Below are positions 1 to 9,567 of a stretch of DNA of 44,786 bases, piece after piece (positions within the stretch are counted from its first letter, which is position 1; each line of letters opens with the position of its first letter). The stretch lies in NCBI GenBank assembly GCA_012646845.1, contig GCA_012646845.1_4707.2, one strand, 5' to 3'. The DNA comes from a phage. The notes under the pieces are model-generated. The model was not told where the DNA came from, searched no databases, and worked only from the letters and a program-made list of their open reading frames with translations. The translations under genes and the position numbers were made by a program.

Positions 1-723
1 CAAGGCACACGTCTTGGCGGATACGCTTATCGTAAAGTGGTTCCCGACAGCGGGTTTACACCGCAGTTGTATCGTCACCGAGCTATCATGTTAGCGTTTA
101 CGAGATATGATGCTAACGTTGTGAACTTAACCGTAAACCATAAGAACGGAATTAAAGGTGACGATTGGTTTGATAACCTCGAATGGGCGACATATGCTGA
201 GAACAATCAACATGCTCGTATGGCAGGGTTGTGTATGGGTACGTCAAAACCTGTTTTGGTTTATGATTACCGTGCACGAATCGAACGTCGTTTTAATAGT
301 ATCGCAGAAGCGGAACGTGCTTATCCGTACGTGCCGAAAGGACGTTTCAAATGGTGGGTAAACAATCCTCCGAAACGTATCCCAGAATGCGATTTATACA
401 TCAAGTTTGCCACGGACAATACGCCTTGGCCGGAGTGGAAACTTGGAGAAGATCGTCGTGTCGAGGACACTGATGGTCGCGGTATTCTCGCTATTAATAA
501 AGAGACGAACGAACGACATGTGTTTCCATCAGTAACTGCTGCCGCAAATGCGTTAGGAATCTCCTGGATTACCGTAAGACGTCATTGCGATCGTCGTGCA
601 GTACCTACGAAACAGCCTTGGTGTTTTCGTTATGCCGATGATATTGCCGCTATGCCTGATTTCGATGTTAATAAATTAGTTCCTAAGAAGAAGCGTGTAT
701 TTAATGTTCCATTAGAACGATAA
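1..723 (+). CDS. HNH homing endonuclease (5' end beyond window edge)
   Basis: Frame open from nt 1 (track start at 37 is GTG); HNH motif VNHKNGIKGDDWFDNLEWATYAENNQHA; C-terminal NUMOD/IENR-like HTH (ALGISWITVRRH). Confidence 0.8.
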   Translation, partial: QGTRLGGYAYRKVVPDSGFTPQLYRHRAIMLAFTRYDANVVNLTVNHKNGIKGDDWFDNLEWATYAENNQHARMAGLCMGTSKPVLVYDYRARIERRFNSIAEAERAYPYVPKGRFKWWVNNPPKRIPECDLYIKFATDNTPWPEWKLGEDRRVEDTDGRGILAINKETNERHVFPSVTAAANALGISWITVRRHCDRRAVPTKQPWCFRYADDIAAMPDFDVNKLVPKKKRVFNVPLER

Positions 724-1197
724 CAGGTCCCCCTACTTGTAATGAGTGGGTGAACTCTCTTTAATTGCTGGAAACCTTTAATGCCCCTCCACACCACAAC
801 GCAATCCGAAAGGGTAAACGTGATGGTTGTCGAAAGACAGAAAAAAGTTGGAGGGGATTACCTATGTTGCAATAAAAGCCGCCGCTTTCTTGGATAACGA
901 AAGGTAACGGTGGTACTAAGGGTAGAAGATAGAAATAAGGTGATCAGCAGCGAAGCCTCTACGGACTGTCGTGACCGATTTCAATAATCGGCGTACAATG
1001 TGCGGACAGACTACGAGGAACGTTCAACGGCCATCCGGTTGCGCGGAGTAGGAGAATTAGGATGTTCTCTGAAAAGGGAGAAGTCGGTCGAGGTGTTGTA
1101 GAAACACCGTTCGGTTTGCTAACGCAAATCTAAGACAGGCTAAGATATGGTCTATTTTACGTTGCGTTCATGTATAGAAATTACTGAACTATCGTAA
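724..1197 (+). ncRNA. Candidate 3' portion of a group I intron (structured, ORF-free)
   Basis: No ORF >=60 aa; R-like ACAGACTACG at 1006-1015 and S-like AAGATATGGTCT at 1142-1153 could form P7 (GACUA/UGGUC); lies directly downstream of an HNH ORF. Confidence 0.3.
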
Positions 1198-1455
1198 GAG
1201 CTCGATATATCTTCAAGTTATCCAAATGGGCAGATACTGCTCAATCTATCCAGAGCGTGTGTTTTTCGCGAGCTCTCACGCATTGAGGGCGTCTCTGACT
1301 ATCAATTCAGGAAGTTAGGTATCAACTTTATTACCGGAGGTAAAACGAACGCTGTAGACTTCTGTAGAATCGTTTATAAAGCACCGTCGATGTTTGAACT
1401 CTTAGAACATTTCGATGCGACGCGTCCAAAAGAGGAAGCGCGAACCATCGAATGA
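1198..1455 (+). CDS. Candidate 3' exon: start-less open frame of 85 codons ending TGA 1453-1455
   Basis: Frame open from stop at 1195-1197 to 1453-1455 with no ATG/GTG/TTG before 1387; followed by a plus-oriented terminator hairpin. Confidence 0.25.
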   Translation, partial: ELDISSSYPNGQILLNLSRACVFRELSRIEGVSDYQFRKLGINFITGGKTNAVDFCRIVYKAPSMFELLEHFDATRPKEEARTIE

Positions 1456-1498
1456 ATCAAGTATGTTGATCCTCGTTTAACAAAAAGAAAACGCATGC

Positions 1499-1547
1499 GA
1501 AGCCCCTCCCCCCGGCGGAAGCCGGAGGGAGGGGTGAGGTTTATGCG
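1499..1547 (+). terminator. GC-rich hairpin (CCCCTCCCCCCGG/CCGGAGGGAGGGG) followed by TTTATGC
   Basis: Inverted repeat 1503-1534 then TGAGGTTTATGCGCG; member of recurrent hairpin family. Confidence 0.5.
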
Positions 1548-2026
1548 CGTTCGTTGCCAACCGTTACTTTGTAGTCAGCGTCGGTTAAGAAAATAGACAG
1601 GAATCCATGTTCTTTGCAAATCTGACTAAGGATGTCAGCAATGATTTCGTTGATCATCGGTTTGTTTGCAAGGGCATAGATGTACCCGGGTGTAAAAGAA
1701 AGTGCGTGATTGATCATAGGCTCATGAGAAGCCAAGATAAGGATCACGTGATGCTTCCCATCGTCGGTAATGACCGCTTGCGTAGACACGAAGAAATCAG
1801 TGAAGCAGCAGCGATCACAGGCTTTAGGTATATACAAATCACCCAGAGCTTCGTCGCGTGCTTTTATGTGTGTTTCAGGGGTGATGCTGCTAAGTTGATC
1901 TTCAGCGAGATCCAAGACATCCTCAATCGTTTTAAGAATAGCGTTGCGGAAATCCTCGCGGTAGAATGGGATGATATCACGATCGTTCATGTAATCGCCG
2001 GATTCGATAGTAAAGTTGATGTTCAT
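1541..2026 (-). CDS. hypothetical protein (161 aa)
   Basis: ORF track; acidic protein-like composition; overlaps less convincing plus-strand ORF. Confidence 0.55.
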   Translation of the reverse strand: MNINFTIESGDYMNDRDIIPFYREDFRNAILKTIEDVLDLAEDQLSSITPETHIKARDEALGDLYIPKACDRCCFTDFFVSTQAVITDDGKHHVILILASHEPMINHALSFTPGYIYALANKPMINEIIADILSQICKEHGFLSIFLTDADYKVTVGNERA

Positions 2027-2136
2027 TGAATGCTCCTAGTGGTTATGTCGATTGATTGACGTGTTAATTTATGTTTGATGAGGTATACTTGAAACTACAA
2101 ATAAGGCTCTCGGCGTTGCTGTTATGGTTCAGTTCT

Positions 2137-2586
2137 TTATCCCTTGTTGGATTCGTCAATATACTTGGTGTCGTAAGACAAATGCTGAATTAATTTTCTA
2201 GGTCTGATGAATATACGACATGTGATAAACACATCAGGATCGTATTGTTCCACGCAACGTCCGAAGGCTCGTTTTGCGGACTGACGCATCAGGGTTAATT
2301 CCTGATCGTTCATCTCATCATCAAATTCGATGTGTATCGTGATTTTATCGGGAAATAAATAGATAGAGTAATCGCTACCAATACCGCCGTCGTCAAAGCG
2401 ATAATCGTTGTGGCAATGGTGGAGTTTACCTTCGTGTATCGTCTGGTACCACCCGACGATACTATCAAGACCCATACCCAGGTGTCCGAATGCTTGGTTA
2501 ATAATATCCTCGACGACGGATGCGGGCGTGGGACCATGGAATAGACGATCTAAGCGCTTTTTCATTGATTTGGTTTTCTCGTTCAT
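2137..2586 (-). CDS. hypothetical protein (149 aa)
   Basis: ORF track; co-oriented with neighbours. Confidence 0.6.
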   Translation of the reverse strand: MNEKTKSMKKRLDRLFHGPTPASVVEDIINQAFGHLGMGLDSIVGWYQTIHEGKLHHCHNDYRFDDGGIGSDYSIYLFPDKITIHIEFDDEMNDQELTLMRQSAKRAFGRCVEQYDPDVFITCRIFIRPRKLIQHLSYDTKYIDESNKG

Positions 2587-2608
2587 GATTTTTTTCCTGT
2601 TATAATCG

Positions 2609-2657
2609 GCATACAGCCCTTCCCCGGCCTTGACGGCTAGGGAAGGGGCTATGCTAC
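2609..2657 (-). terminator. GCATA-flanked GC-rich hairpin (family member)
   Basis: GCATACAGCCCTTCCCC ... GGGAAGGGGCTATGC inverted repeat immediately after stop of 2662..3060. Confidence 0.45.
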
Positions 2658-2661
2658 GTTG

Positions 2662-3060
2662 TTATGCTTCGCAATCAGCTGAAGGCGTCGCGCCTTTCTT
2701 ACCAACGATACGCCAAATCCGACACGCTGGGTAATGGTTAACCTCTAGAGAGCAAGGAATGTTATATTTCTCTTCCAGCGCATAAAGACATTTCGTTAGC
2801 TGCTCCAGCGCGTTCTCGTCGTGTCGTAACGCGTGGTGGCCTAATCGATGTTGGTCGTTCTTTATATACGCCTCGAAGAGAACATGTTGGCGATGTACGC
2901 TGACGTTTACAGCCTCGAGTATAGCTTGGTCGAGCATACGACTAAAGCACATCAACGAGTCAGATACGTTTTCTCGCTTAACCAGATCGATCATGGCGGG
3001 AATATACGAATGGTCGATGTTATCGATGACCGCTTTAGCGACGGAATCCGCAATGTTCAT
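2662..3060 (-). CDS. hypothetical protein, tandem paralog 1 (132 aa)
   Basis: N-terminus MNIADSVAKAVIDNIDH... closely matches neighbour MSIVESIVKAVNDNIDH... Confidence 0.7.
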   Translation of the reverse strand: MNIADSVAKAVIDNIDHSYIPAMIDLVKRENVSDSLMCFSRMLDQAILEAVNVSVHRQHVLFEAYIKNDQHRLGHHALRHDENALEQLTKCLYALEEKYNIPCSLEVNHYPACRIWRIVGKKGATPSADCEA

Positions 3061-3095
3061 CTTTTAATCCCTAGTTTGTTATTGATCACGTATAT

Positions 3096-3491
3096 TTACT
3101 CTTTGACGTCGGTTGTTGTTTCGGTGTGTTTCTCGCTGCTGATGTACCAGAGCAGGTACGCTGGGAAAAGATTGACCTCTAAGCTAAATGGGGTATTGTA
3201 TTTCTCTTCCATTTTACAGAGATGTTCTTTAAGTAAATTTCTCGCGTCACTATCACCACGAACAGAGTGCCAGTCTAGTTCTTTGTTCTCCTTTACCAGG
3301 ACCTCTACGATGATACGTTGCTCGTGAACCTCGGTTTTCACAGTGAAAAGTAAATCGCTGCTATCAAAACGGGTAAAACGAATGTATGAACCAGGTGTTT
3401 TTTCTTGTTTAATAATATCGATCATGGTAGAAATGCGCGGATGATCGATGTTGTCGTTAACAGCTTTAACGATGGATTCTACAATGCTCAT
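3096..3491 (-). CDS. hypothetical protein, tandem paralog 2 (131 aa)
   Basis: Shared N-terminal and central motifs (EEKYN.P.SLEVN) with 2662..3060. Confidence 0.7.
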   Translation of the reverse strand: MSIVESIVKAVNDNIDHPRISTMIDIIKQEKTPGSYIRFTRFDSSDLLFTVKTEVHEQRIIVEVLVKENKELDWHSVRGDSDARNLLKEHLCKMEEKYNTPFSLEVNLFPAYLLWYISSEKHTETTTDVKE

Positions 3492-3615
3492 TTTTTATCC
3501 TTAATGTTATCGATTTGGAAATATTACTTATTTACTGTTTTCTTTATCAACAGTTGTTACCCACGACATGATGGCGGGATGAAAACAGAGCGTGAACGTA
3601 ACCTTCGCGTCGTAT

Positions 3616-4098
3616 TTAAACGCGCAGTTCGCTAGCCGAGTATCGAACGTTTTCCTTTTCGTCTGGAGAGTATTCCATCGTGTAGAATTCATAACCATCG
3701 GAAAACTTGAGTGTTAATGTAATAGGGAAATCGCACGGCATAGCTGATTTCGTAAATGCGTTATTAGCAACATCAGCCAACCGACGTATAGCATCAGTCC
3801 CGCTGACGCTGAACGGTAGTTGTATGTTGATAAGGATACGATGCTTGTAAACATAGAAAACAACGGTACTGTCGAGATAAACGCTGTGGAACGGTATTGT
3901 TGGGATGCGTTCCACGATGGTAAAATACGTCCCGTCATTATCGCTATGTCCCACCGACCAAATATCGGATTTGCGTAGATTTTGTTTGAGAGATTCGATG
4001 CTTCGAGTGACGGTATCAACAACAGGTGTAACGTAAGTGTCTTTATGCGAGTCGAAAAGTTCGTTGACGTTAGATTCGAATGAATACGTTGTTGCCAT
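3616..4098 (-). CDS. hypothetical protein (160 aa)
   Basis: ORF track; co-oriented gene block. Confidence 0.6.
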   Translation of the reverse strand: MATTYSFESNVNELFDSHKDTYVTPVVDTVTRSIESLKQNLRKSDIWSVGHSDNDGTYFTIVERIPTIPFHSVYLDSTVVFYVYKHRILINIQLPFSVSGTDAIRRLADVANNAFTKSAMPCDFPITLTLKFSDGYEFYTMEYSPDEKENVRYSASELRV

Positions 4099-4164
4099 TA
4101 TTCTACCTCAATGGTTTAACCGATACGTGCCCCACCTAACAAGGGACACGTTATCGTTGATTAA

Positions 4165-4665
4165 TTACTCTTCTGTGTTTTCATTGTCGGGATCGTAGTG
4201 GAATTCGAACAGCCCTGAACCGTCGTGCCCGTTGATTGTTAGTATAACGGGCATATCGAATCCTCGGACACGCGAATGAAAACACTGTGCTAATTTTAGT
4301 TTGGCGTATGCCGCTATTTCATTGACGGCAATACACGACTCACCTGTTATACTCAGTATAACGTCGATACTAACAATGTTGGCGTGCAACGCAAAACGCC
4401 AGCGATCGATACGATTATTATCTTTATCGGTTGTCTCGTTTACGAGATAGACTTTATCGTCAACCGACAAAGCGGGACTCCAGCAACGTTCGTTTATTAA
4501 ATTCGCCTGGAGTTTTAGTATCGTCTGATCGATAATATCCCAACACGTAACCAGCGTGACGTCAGGCACTGAATTGAGAAGGGCGAGCACTTTATCCTTT
4601 ATTTTAAGTGCTTCCGCAGGACGCCCGCAAATACCATGCATTTCAACTTTCTTATCCATATTCAC
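4165..4665 (-). CDS. hypothetical protein (166 aa; GTG start, ATG two codons in)
   Basis: ORF track; start codon is GTG at 4663-4665, in-frame ATG at 4657-4659. Confidence 0.6.
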   Translation of the reverse strand: MNMDKKVEMHGICGRPAEALKIKDKVLALLNSVPDVTLVTCWDIIDQTILKLQANLINERCWSPALSVDDKVYLVNETTDKDNNRIDRWRFALHANIVSIDVILSITGESCIAVNEIAAYAKLKLAQCFHSRVRGFDMPVILTINGHDGSGLFEFHYDPDNENTEE

Positions 4666-4702
4666 CTCTTTTTTAATCTAAATGTTAGTTGGGATAGGGC
4701 GA

Positions 4703-5305
4703 TCACATGCTTTCTAGCATATTGACGATCATGGAACCCATACCGAAACTCGGTCTCTCGCCGATGTACTCAGCAAGCTGACGATGGACGTCTTTTGGAT
4801 TTCCTTCTTCACCATCGGCATCGATGTAAACCGAAAAAGAAACCGAATCGGAATCCACGCTGATAACCAGACGACGTTCATTGCGTTCCTTGAGTGTATC
4901 GACAATAGCTGCTTTCAGTACCGGGATCGCATTCATCGCGTGCAAGATATCTCCATCGGGTTTCGGTAGATCGATCTTTTCTTTCAGGTCGATATTGATG
5001 TTGGTTACAATTGGGTTGAGGTCGACCTTGACATAATCGTTAGGATACATGCGAATAATCGCACGATCAATATCTGAACCGTAAAAGTCAACACGTGGCT
5101 TTAACACCTCTTTGTTTGGATCCATGTTTTCATCCATCCCAGCCTGCAAGAAACGTTCTACGTTATCCAGTTCACGATAAACTGACGCTTCGATTTCTTT
5201 CAGATAGTTGGCTGCGGTTTCATGCTCTTTACGCAGCTCGTCTTTAAGGAGCTGTACGGTGGTTTCACTGGAACGAATGCTGTTCGCGAATTGGGTAATT
5301 GACAT
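4703..5305 (-). CDS. hypothetical protein (200 aa)
   Basis: Track ORF begins with TTG at 5335; internal ATG at 5305 preceded by TAAGGA RBS. Confidence 0.6.
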   Translation of the reverse strand: MSITQFANSIRSSETTVQLLKDELRKEHETAANYLKEIEASVYRELDNVERFLQAGMDENMDPNKEVLKPRVDFYGSDIDRAIIRMYPNDYVKVDLNPIVTNINIDLKEKIDLPKPDGDILHAMNAIPVLKAAIVDTLKERNERRLVISVDSDSVSFSVYIDADGEEGNPKDVHRQLAEYIGERPSFGMGSMIVNMLESM

Positions 5306-5402
5306 ATTGAATTCCTTAAATTCTCTTGAGTTCAATTAATGATGAAAAGCTGTAAAAAAGGTGGGGCGAACCCCACCAAAACGTCAGACACACGCAGGAA
5401 AA

Positions 5403-5828
5403 TTAATTCAGTGACGCATATAACGCATAACGACTGTAGATCTCAACCGCCGGTCCGTTATGGGTTAACAGACCATCCTGGTTGTAATACTGGAAAAATG
5501 AATAACGTTTGTCGAAGTGATAAACAAAAGCAATGTCTTTGCCGTCAAAACCTGTGATGCGTGGTCTGTTTTTATCTAGCAATGCTTTGACTTTTAACAG
5601 TGTTGCCGCACGTGCTTTAACGTTAGGGATCAAGCCATCGCAATCGATATAAACTGTGTAACCTGTTTCAGATGTTGCGACGGTCGTATTGCGATTGATG
5701 CGAAAGATTTTTGTTTTGTATGTATCATCTTCAAGAATTGGGTTTTGTTTTTCGTATTTTCGTTTACGCAGAAATTCTACAACGGTAATATAGTTAGCGG
5801 TGATATGTCCGGTTATAGCTTGTAACAT
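5403..5828 (-). CDS. hypothetical protein (141 aa)
   Basis: ORF track; preceded by conserved leader GGATGTCAAG-ATG. Confidence 0.65.
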   Translation of the reverse strand: MLQAITGHITANYITVVEFLRKRKYEKQNPILEDDTYKTKIFRINRNTTVATSETGYTVYIDCDGLIPNVKARAATLLKVKALLDKNRPRITGFDGKDIAFVYHFDKRYSFFQYYNQDGLLTHNGPAVEIYSRYALYASLN

Positions 5829-5940
5829 CTTGACATCCTTTTATATTGGATTGGTTGCAATTGTCTTAAATAGATGATAAGATATTTTGCTCTTATCACT
5901 AAGGTAATATAGCCGTGAAATAGACTGCGTTAACAAGAAA
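5829..5940 (-). promoter_or_regulatory. Conserved promoter/leader module, copy 1
   Basis: Minus strand reads TTTCACGGCTATATTACCTTAG - hairpin (TGATAAGA..TCTTATCA) - CAATCCAATATAAAAGGATGTCAAG-ATG; same architecture at 29786-29889. Confidence 0.45.
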
Positions 5941-5948
5941 TAAAAACA

Positions 5949-6000
5949 GCATAAAACCTCCTCCCCCATCCTTCAAGAGGACGGTGGGAAGAGGGAGAGA
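5949..6000 (-). terminator. GCATAAAA-flanked GC-rich imperfect hairpin (family member)
   Basis: Lies immediately after stop of 6003..6404 on the minus strand. Confidence 0.4.
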
Positions 6001-6002
6001 GA

Positions 6003-6404
6003 TTAAATGTCGTGGACGGCATTGCCGTTTAACCAGCAATACAGCTTAACGCGACACGGATACCGCTTCGTTGCAGTAGCCATTTCATCGCGTAAACGTT
6101 GGTAGATTTCATCCTGGTGTTCACGATCAATGGGGTAATCAGCCCAACATTCGATCATGACGTCACCATTAGTCAGAATCGTCGTACGCATCCTGTCCTG
6201 GACTCGACGATCTTTCCCGGCATTAGGGAAATACATTCCTTCAGTACGAATAAGGTCGCCGCAGGGCATGACTAACCATTCGTTCGTTTTGCCGGTATTC
6301 TTATAATCCATTACGGCTTGCATTGCAGTGTCAACGCTAAAAGAAACATAATTCCAAACGGATGTCCAACGATAGATTGCGGGTTGTTCAAGTGTTTCGT
6401 TCAT
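6003..6404 (-). CDS. hypothetical protein (133 aa)
   Basis: ORF track. Confidence 0.6.
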   Translation of the reverse strand: MNETLEQPAIYRWTSVWNYVSFSVDTAMQAVMDYKNTGKTNEWLVMPCGDLIRTEGMYFPNAGKDRRVQDRMRTTILTNGDVMIECWADYPIDREHQDEIYQRLRDEMATATKRYPCRVKLYCWLNGNAVHDI

Positions 6405-6451
6405 GGAGTGCTTGTCCTATTTTTTATTTTCTGCACAGGATAAATTCAACG

Positions 6452-6498
6452 GCATAAAGCCCTTCCCTGCCCTTATATGGGGCGGGAAGAGTTTATGA
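6452..6498 (-). terminator. GCATAAA ... TTTATGA flanked GC-rich hairpin (family member)
   Basis: GCATAAAGCCCTTCCC ... GGGAAGAGTTTATGA; between 6620..7258 and 6003..6404. Confidence 0.45.
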
Positions 6499-6619
6499 CC
6501 GCAATGAGAATCTCTCACGACAAGCTCACGACGATTATCGCATCACCCCGCGAGTGAGGGAGATCAGGATCACCTCCTACGTCGTAACGACAGTAATCCC
6601 GTTAACGTCGCCTTAGGCA

Positions 6620-7258
6620 TTATGCGAAGCGACGCATGTAACCTGCCAGATAGTTACGTGTATCGAAGTAAGCAATTTCAGGAATTGCGATATTAAGGTC
6701 GATAGCACGGATTTCAACTTGGCGACGGCTTTCATCATAGATCGCATCCATCAGACGCAGTACTGTCAGGAAAGCCATGCGGGTATGGTAGTCCAGCGGC
6801 ATGTTATCGATACCACGATACAGATAACGGTTTGCGTTAAACGCCCCTTCGCGGTTATCTTTCCAGATCTTCAGAATATCAGCAAAGGCGGTGCGGAAAA
6901 CCTCAGGATTATCCACATCCAGTAACGCACGGAAAGCAGACATTAAAGACCGCTGATGACGGATCAACGACTGCGGTGTTTGCGGCATGGTCGGACCCAT
7001 TTCTTCCGCATATTTCTGGAACGGAGCAACCAGGGTTGCGGCACGAGAAGCCACGATAGAAACAGCAGGCGATTCTTTCACCGCCGGTTTCGCAGGCTTT
7101 TCTTCAACGGCGGTTTCCTTCTTCTCAACAGCAGCCGTTTCCGGTTGTGCTACAACGTTGTTGATTGGAGCAGCAGCCGCACCATTTTCCACGGTGGTCT
7201 CTACTGCTGTAATCTTTTCTTCCATTTGTGCGGAACGTTGGTCTTTATTCTTGCTCAT
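6620..7258 (-). CDS. hypothetical protein (212 aa), Ala/Glu/Lys-rich N-terminal low-complexity region
   Basis: ORF track. Confidence 0.65.
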   Translation of the reverse strand: MSKNKDQRSAQMEEKITAVETTVENGAAAAPINNVVAQPETAAVEKKETAVEEKPAKPAVKESPAVSIVASRAATLVAPFQKYAEEMGPTMPQTPQSLIRHQRSLMSAFRALLDVDNPEVFRTAFADILKIWKDNREGAFNANRYLYRGIDNMPLDYHTRMAFLTVLRLMDAIYDESRRQVEIRAIDLNIAIPEIAYFDTRNYLAGYMRRFA

Positions 7259-7283
7259 GTCTATTTCCTTTTGTTTAACAAGG

Positions 7284-8585
7284 TTAACTAATATAAAGTT
7301 CAGGATCGTAAGGCGCTAACGATACACTGGCGTTATGCATTGCTTTCATCATAGTGTTCATGAAAACGTTGTTTACACCGGTGATCTCTGCCCCGATCGC
7401 GTCTGGGGTTGGAGCCATCGCGTTACCGCAACAGGTAGCACAGTATTCCAACGGACCCGCTTTACAGCGTTGAGGATCGCGTAACTTGATGGTTTGTCCT
7501 TCCAAGGAAGCGAATAATTCAGCATCAATAAGTTTAAGCGCTGCGCCGTCGATCATGTAACGGCCGACAAGTAGCTTATCTTTGATGTGGTCGCGGTTTA
7601 CCGTGAACAGAATATGTTCTTGGGTGCCGCAGTCGTCCATCGTGATTTTAAGGTTCTGTGTTGCACGTTGCGATTCTTTAGCCGTTTGTCCGGCTAAAGC
7701 GGTCAACGCACCACGTGAGAACGAACCAGCACGTGCACTGTTGTTGTACTCCGCCCAATGGTCGACGCGCATCCCTTCGGCCAGGCTGTGTGTGATAACG
7801 TTACGTTTACCAGGGTCAACGAAGTCGGCTTCAACCCCCATCATGATGTGCGTTTTCTTTCGAGTATTACCGAAACTCTTACCGGGGTTAATATAGAACC
7901 CTTCCGATTCATCGCCCTTAAAGGATTCCTTATCCATTTTGGTTAGCGTGGCTTCGAGTTTGATCAGTTCTTCAGGGGTGAACTTACCTTCCTCTTGTAA
8001 GCGTGCCAACTCTTTATCACGATAGGCAATAATATCATCATCGACCGTTAACGCTTTATCGCTCATTGAAGGCACAATTAAGCGGTTGATAGCGGTTAAT
8101 GCGCTGATATTGTTGGTGAATTTCTTCACTTCGCTTGCGTACAGCGGACCAATCGGACGCTCGTTAGGATCGGGTATTCCCTCTTCGGGATCATCTGCTA
8201 CGCGCGGCGCAATCAGCGATTCTAGTGTGCCGCTGGTTAACCGTCCTGCCTGATATTCAATCTGAATACCGAAAGCGTCATAAAGGACGTACATATTGAA
8301 CAACGCTTCACCGAAGGTTGTGGTGGTTGTGTTCTTAACCGACGGTAGATCGCCAGGCGCAAGCTCCAACGGATCCCAGAAATTCAACAAGGGTTTTGTT
8401 GGTTCTGTTTCCCATTGGTGTTCTTCACCGTCGATGGTAACCGTAACGATGTTACCTTGACGACGTAATTTAGGCTGATACTTCTCAGCGCCCCCTTCCG
8501 TAAAAGCAAATGCGTCGTTAATCCACTCAAGATAACGGTAATGCCCTTCACGCAACGCGTAAAGGAAATAATCACGAGGTGTCAT
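7284..8585 (-). CDS. hypothetical protein (433 aa) with C-terminal Cys cluster (CATCCGNA)
   Basis: ORF track; long uninterrupted frame. Confidence 0.7.
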   Translation of the reverse strand: MTPRDYFLYALREGHYRYLEWINDAFAFTEGGAEKYQPKLRRQGNIVTVTIDGEEHQWETEPTKPLLNFWDPLELAPGDLPSVKNTTTTTFGEALFNMYVLYDAFGIQIEYQAGRLTSGTLESLIAPRVADDPEEGIPDPNERPIGPLYASEVKKFTNNISALTAINRLIVPSMSDKALTVDDDIIAYRDKELARLQEEGKFTPEELIKLEATLTKMDKESFKGDESEGFYINPGKSFGNTRKKTHIMMGVEADFVDPGKRNVITHSLAEGMRVDHWAEYNNSARAGSFSRGALTALAGQTAKESQRATQNLKITMDDCGTQEHILFTVNRDHIKDKLLVGRYMIDGAALKLIDAELFASLEGQTIKLRDPQRCKAGPLEYCATCCGNAMAPTPDAIGAEITGVNNVFMNTMMKAMHNASVSLAPYDPELYIS

Positions 8586-8598
8586 GTAACAACTCCTT

Positions 8599-9477
8599 TT
8601 AAACGTGGGTCAGGTCACCGTGACGTGAAACGAACTCTGATAACGCTCGGGTTGCTTCTTTGGATTCTTCAGCCATCGGGAAGTTTGCGGTAATAAGTTC
8701 TCGTAAGACAGGGACGAGTTCGTTATCTTCGAGATCAGAAGCTAAAGCGAATGCAATCAGTTCTTGGGTGTATGCATACGGTTGCTGACGTAATGCAGCA
8801 AGCTGATCCCGACACTGCGACATGAGCAGGTCCAGTGGAACCGCTATTGTACCCCCTTCATCAATATACTGACCGAATACCGGTGGGAACGCATCGCTGA
8901 TTACACGAATTCGTCGACGGATGCGATCGGGAATCTGGACGTTTTCTTCGTCGGCGATATTTTCGCTGTCTTTCTCCAGCTTCTTGGTCAGCACCTGCTG
9001 AATGCGTGGGAGTAAGCTTGAATGTACGAAACCGATTAGTGATGTTACACCCACAGCATCGACACCGTAAATATAATGCGCGCATTCCGCTAGCGCTTCA
9101 GCTGCGGTGTAGTCTTCATCTTCAACGATAGCGAGTAGAAAAGCGGTATCGTCATGCGTTTCCAGGTCTAATAACGTAGACGCCAGTGCATGAAGATATT
9201 TCAGGCTATCCAGAGATAGTTGCCCTTCGTTAATTCGGATCCCGAAGGCAAGCAATTGTTGTTTATAAAGTTCGATACACCCGTTTGTTAAAATGATATC
9301 GAGTTCGTTTAAATCGTATTGTTCCCCAGCACCTGACAACATCGTACTACAAAACGTTTCCAGTTGCCCGCATTTAAAATCTTGATATAAACGATACATG
9401 CAATGCTGTAACAGCGTACGCCTTGTTTCAGGGATCTTACCTTCTAACAAAGCCAAGACGGAATCAATCATATCCAC
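8599..9477 (-). CDS. hypothetical protein (292 aa)
   Basis: ORF track. Confidence 0.7.
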   Translation of the reverse strand: MDMIDSVLALLEGKIPETRRTLLQHCMYRLYQDFKCGQLETFCSTMLSGAGEQYDLNELDIILTNGCIELYKQQLLAFGIRINEGQLSLDSLKYLHALASTLLDLETHDDTAFLLAIVEDEDYTAAEALAECAHYIYGVDAVGVTSLIGFVHSSLLPRIQQVLTKKLEKDSENIADEENVQIPDRIRRRIRVISDAFPPVFGQYIDEGGTIAVPLDLLMSQCRDQLAALRQQPYAYTQELIAFALASDLEDNELVPVLRELITANFPMAEESKEATRALSEFVSRHGDLTHV

Positions 9478-9567
9478 TCCGATGCGGTAAATGTCTACTA
9501 GCTCTCATAATCTATTGAAGAAACTACCAGCTTACGCCAACTTAGATTAATCAGGAGTAACCATCCC

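Noticed and set aside
158-361. 67-aa plus-strand ORF inside the HNH endonuclease gene
   Set aside because: Fully nested in a different frame of a gene with a clear HNH motif; no independent support
1607-2029. 140-aa plus-strand ORF overlapping minus-strand gene 1541..2026
   Set aside because: Antisense to a more protein-like minus ORF that fits the surrounding gene orientation; would also sit downstream of a plus-strand terminator
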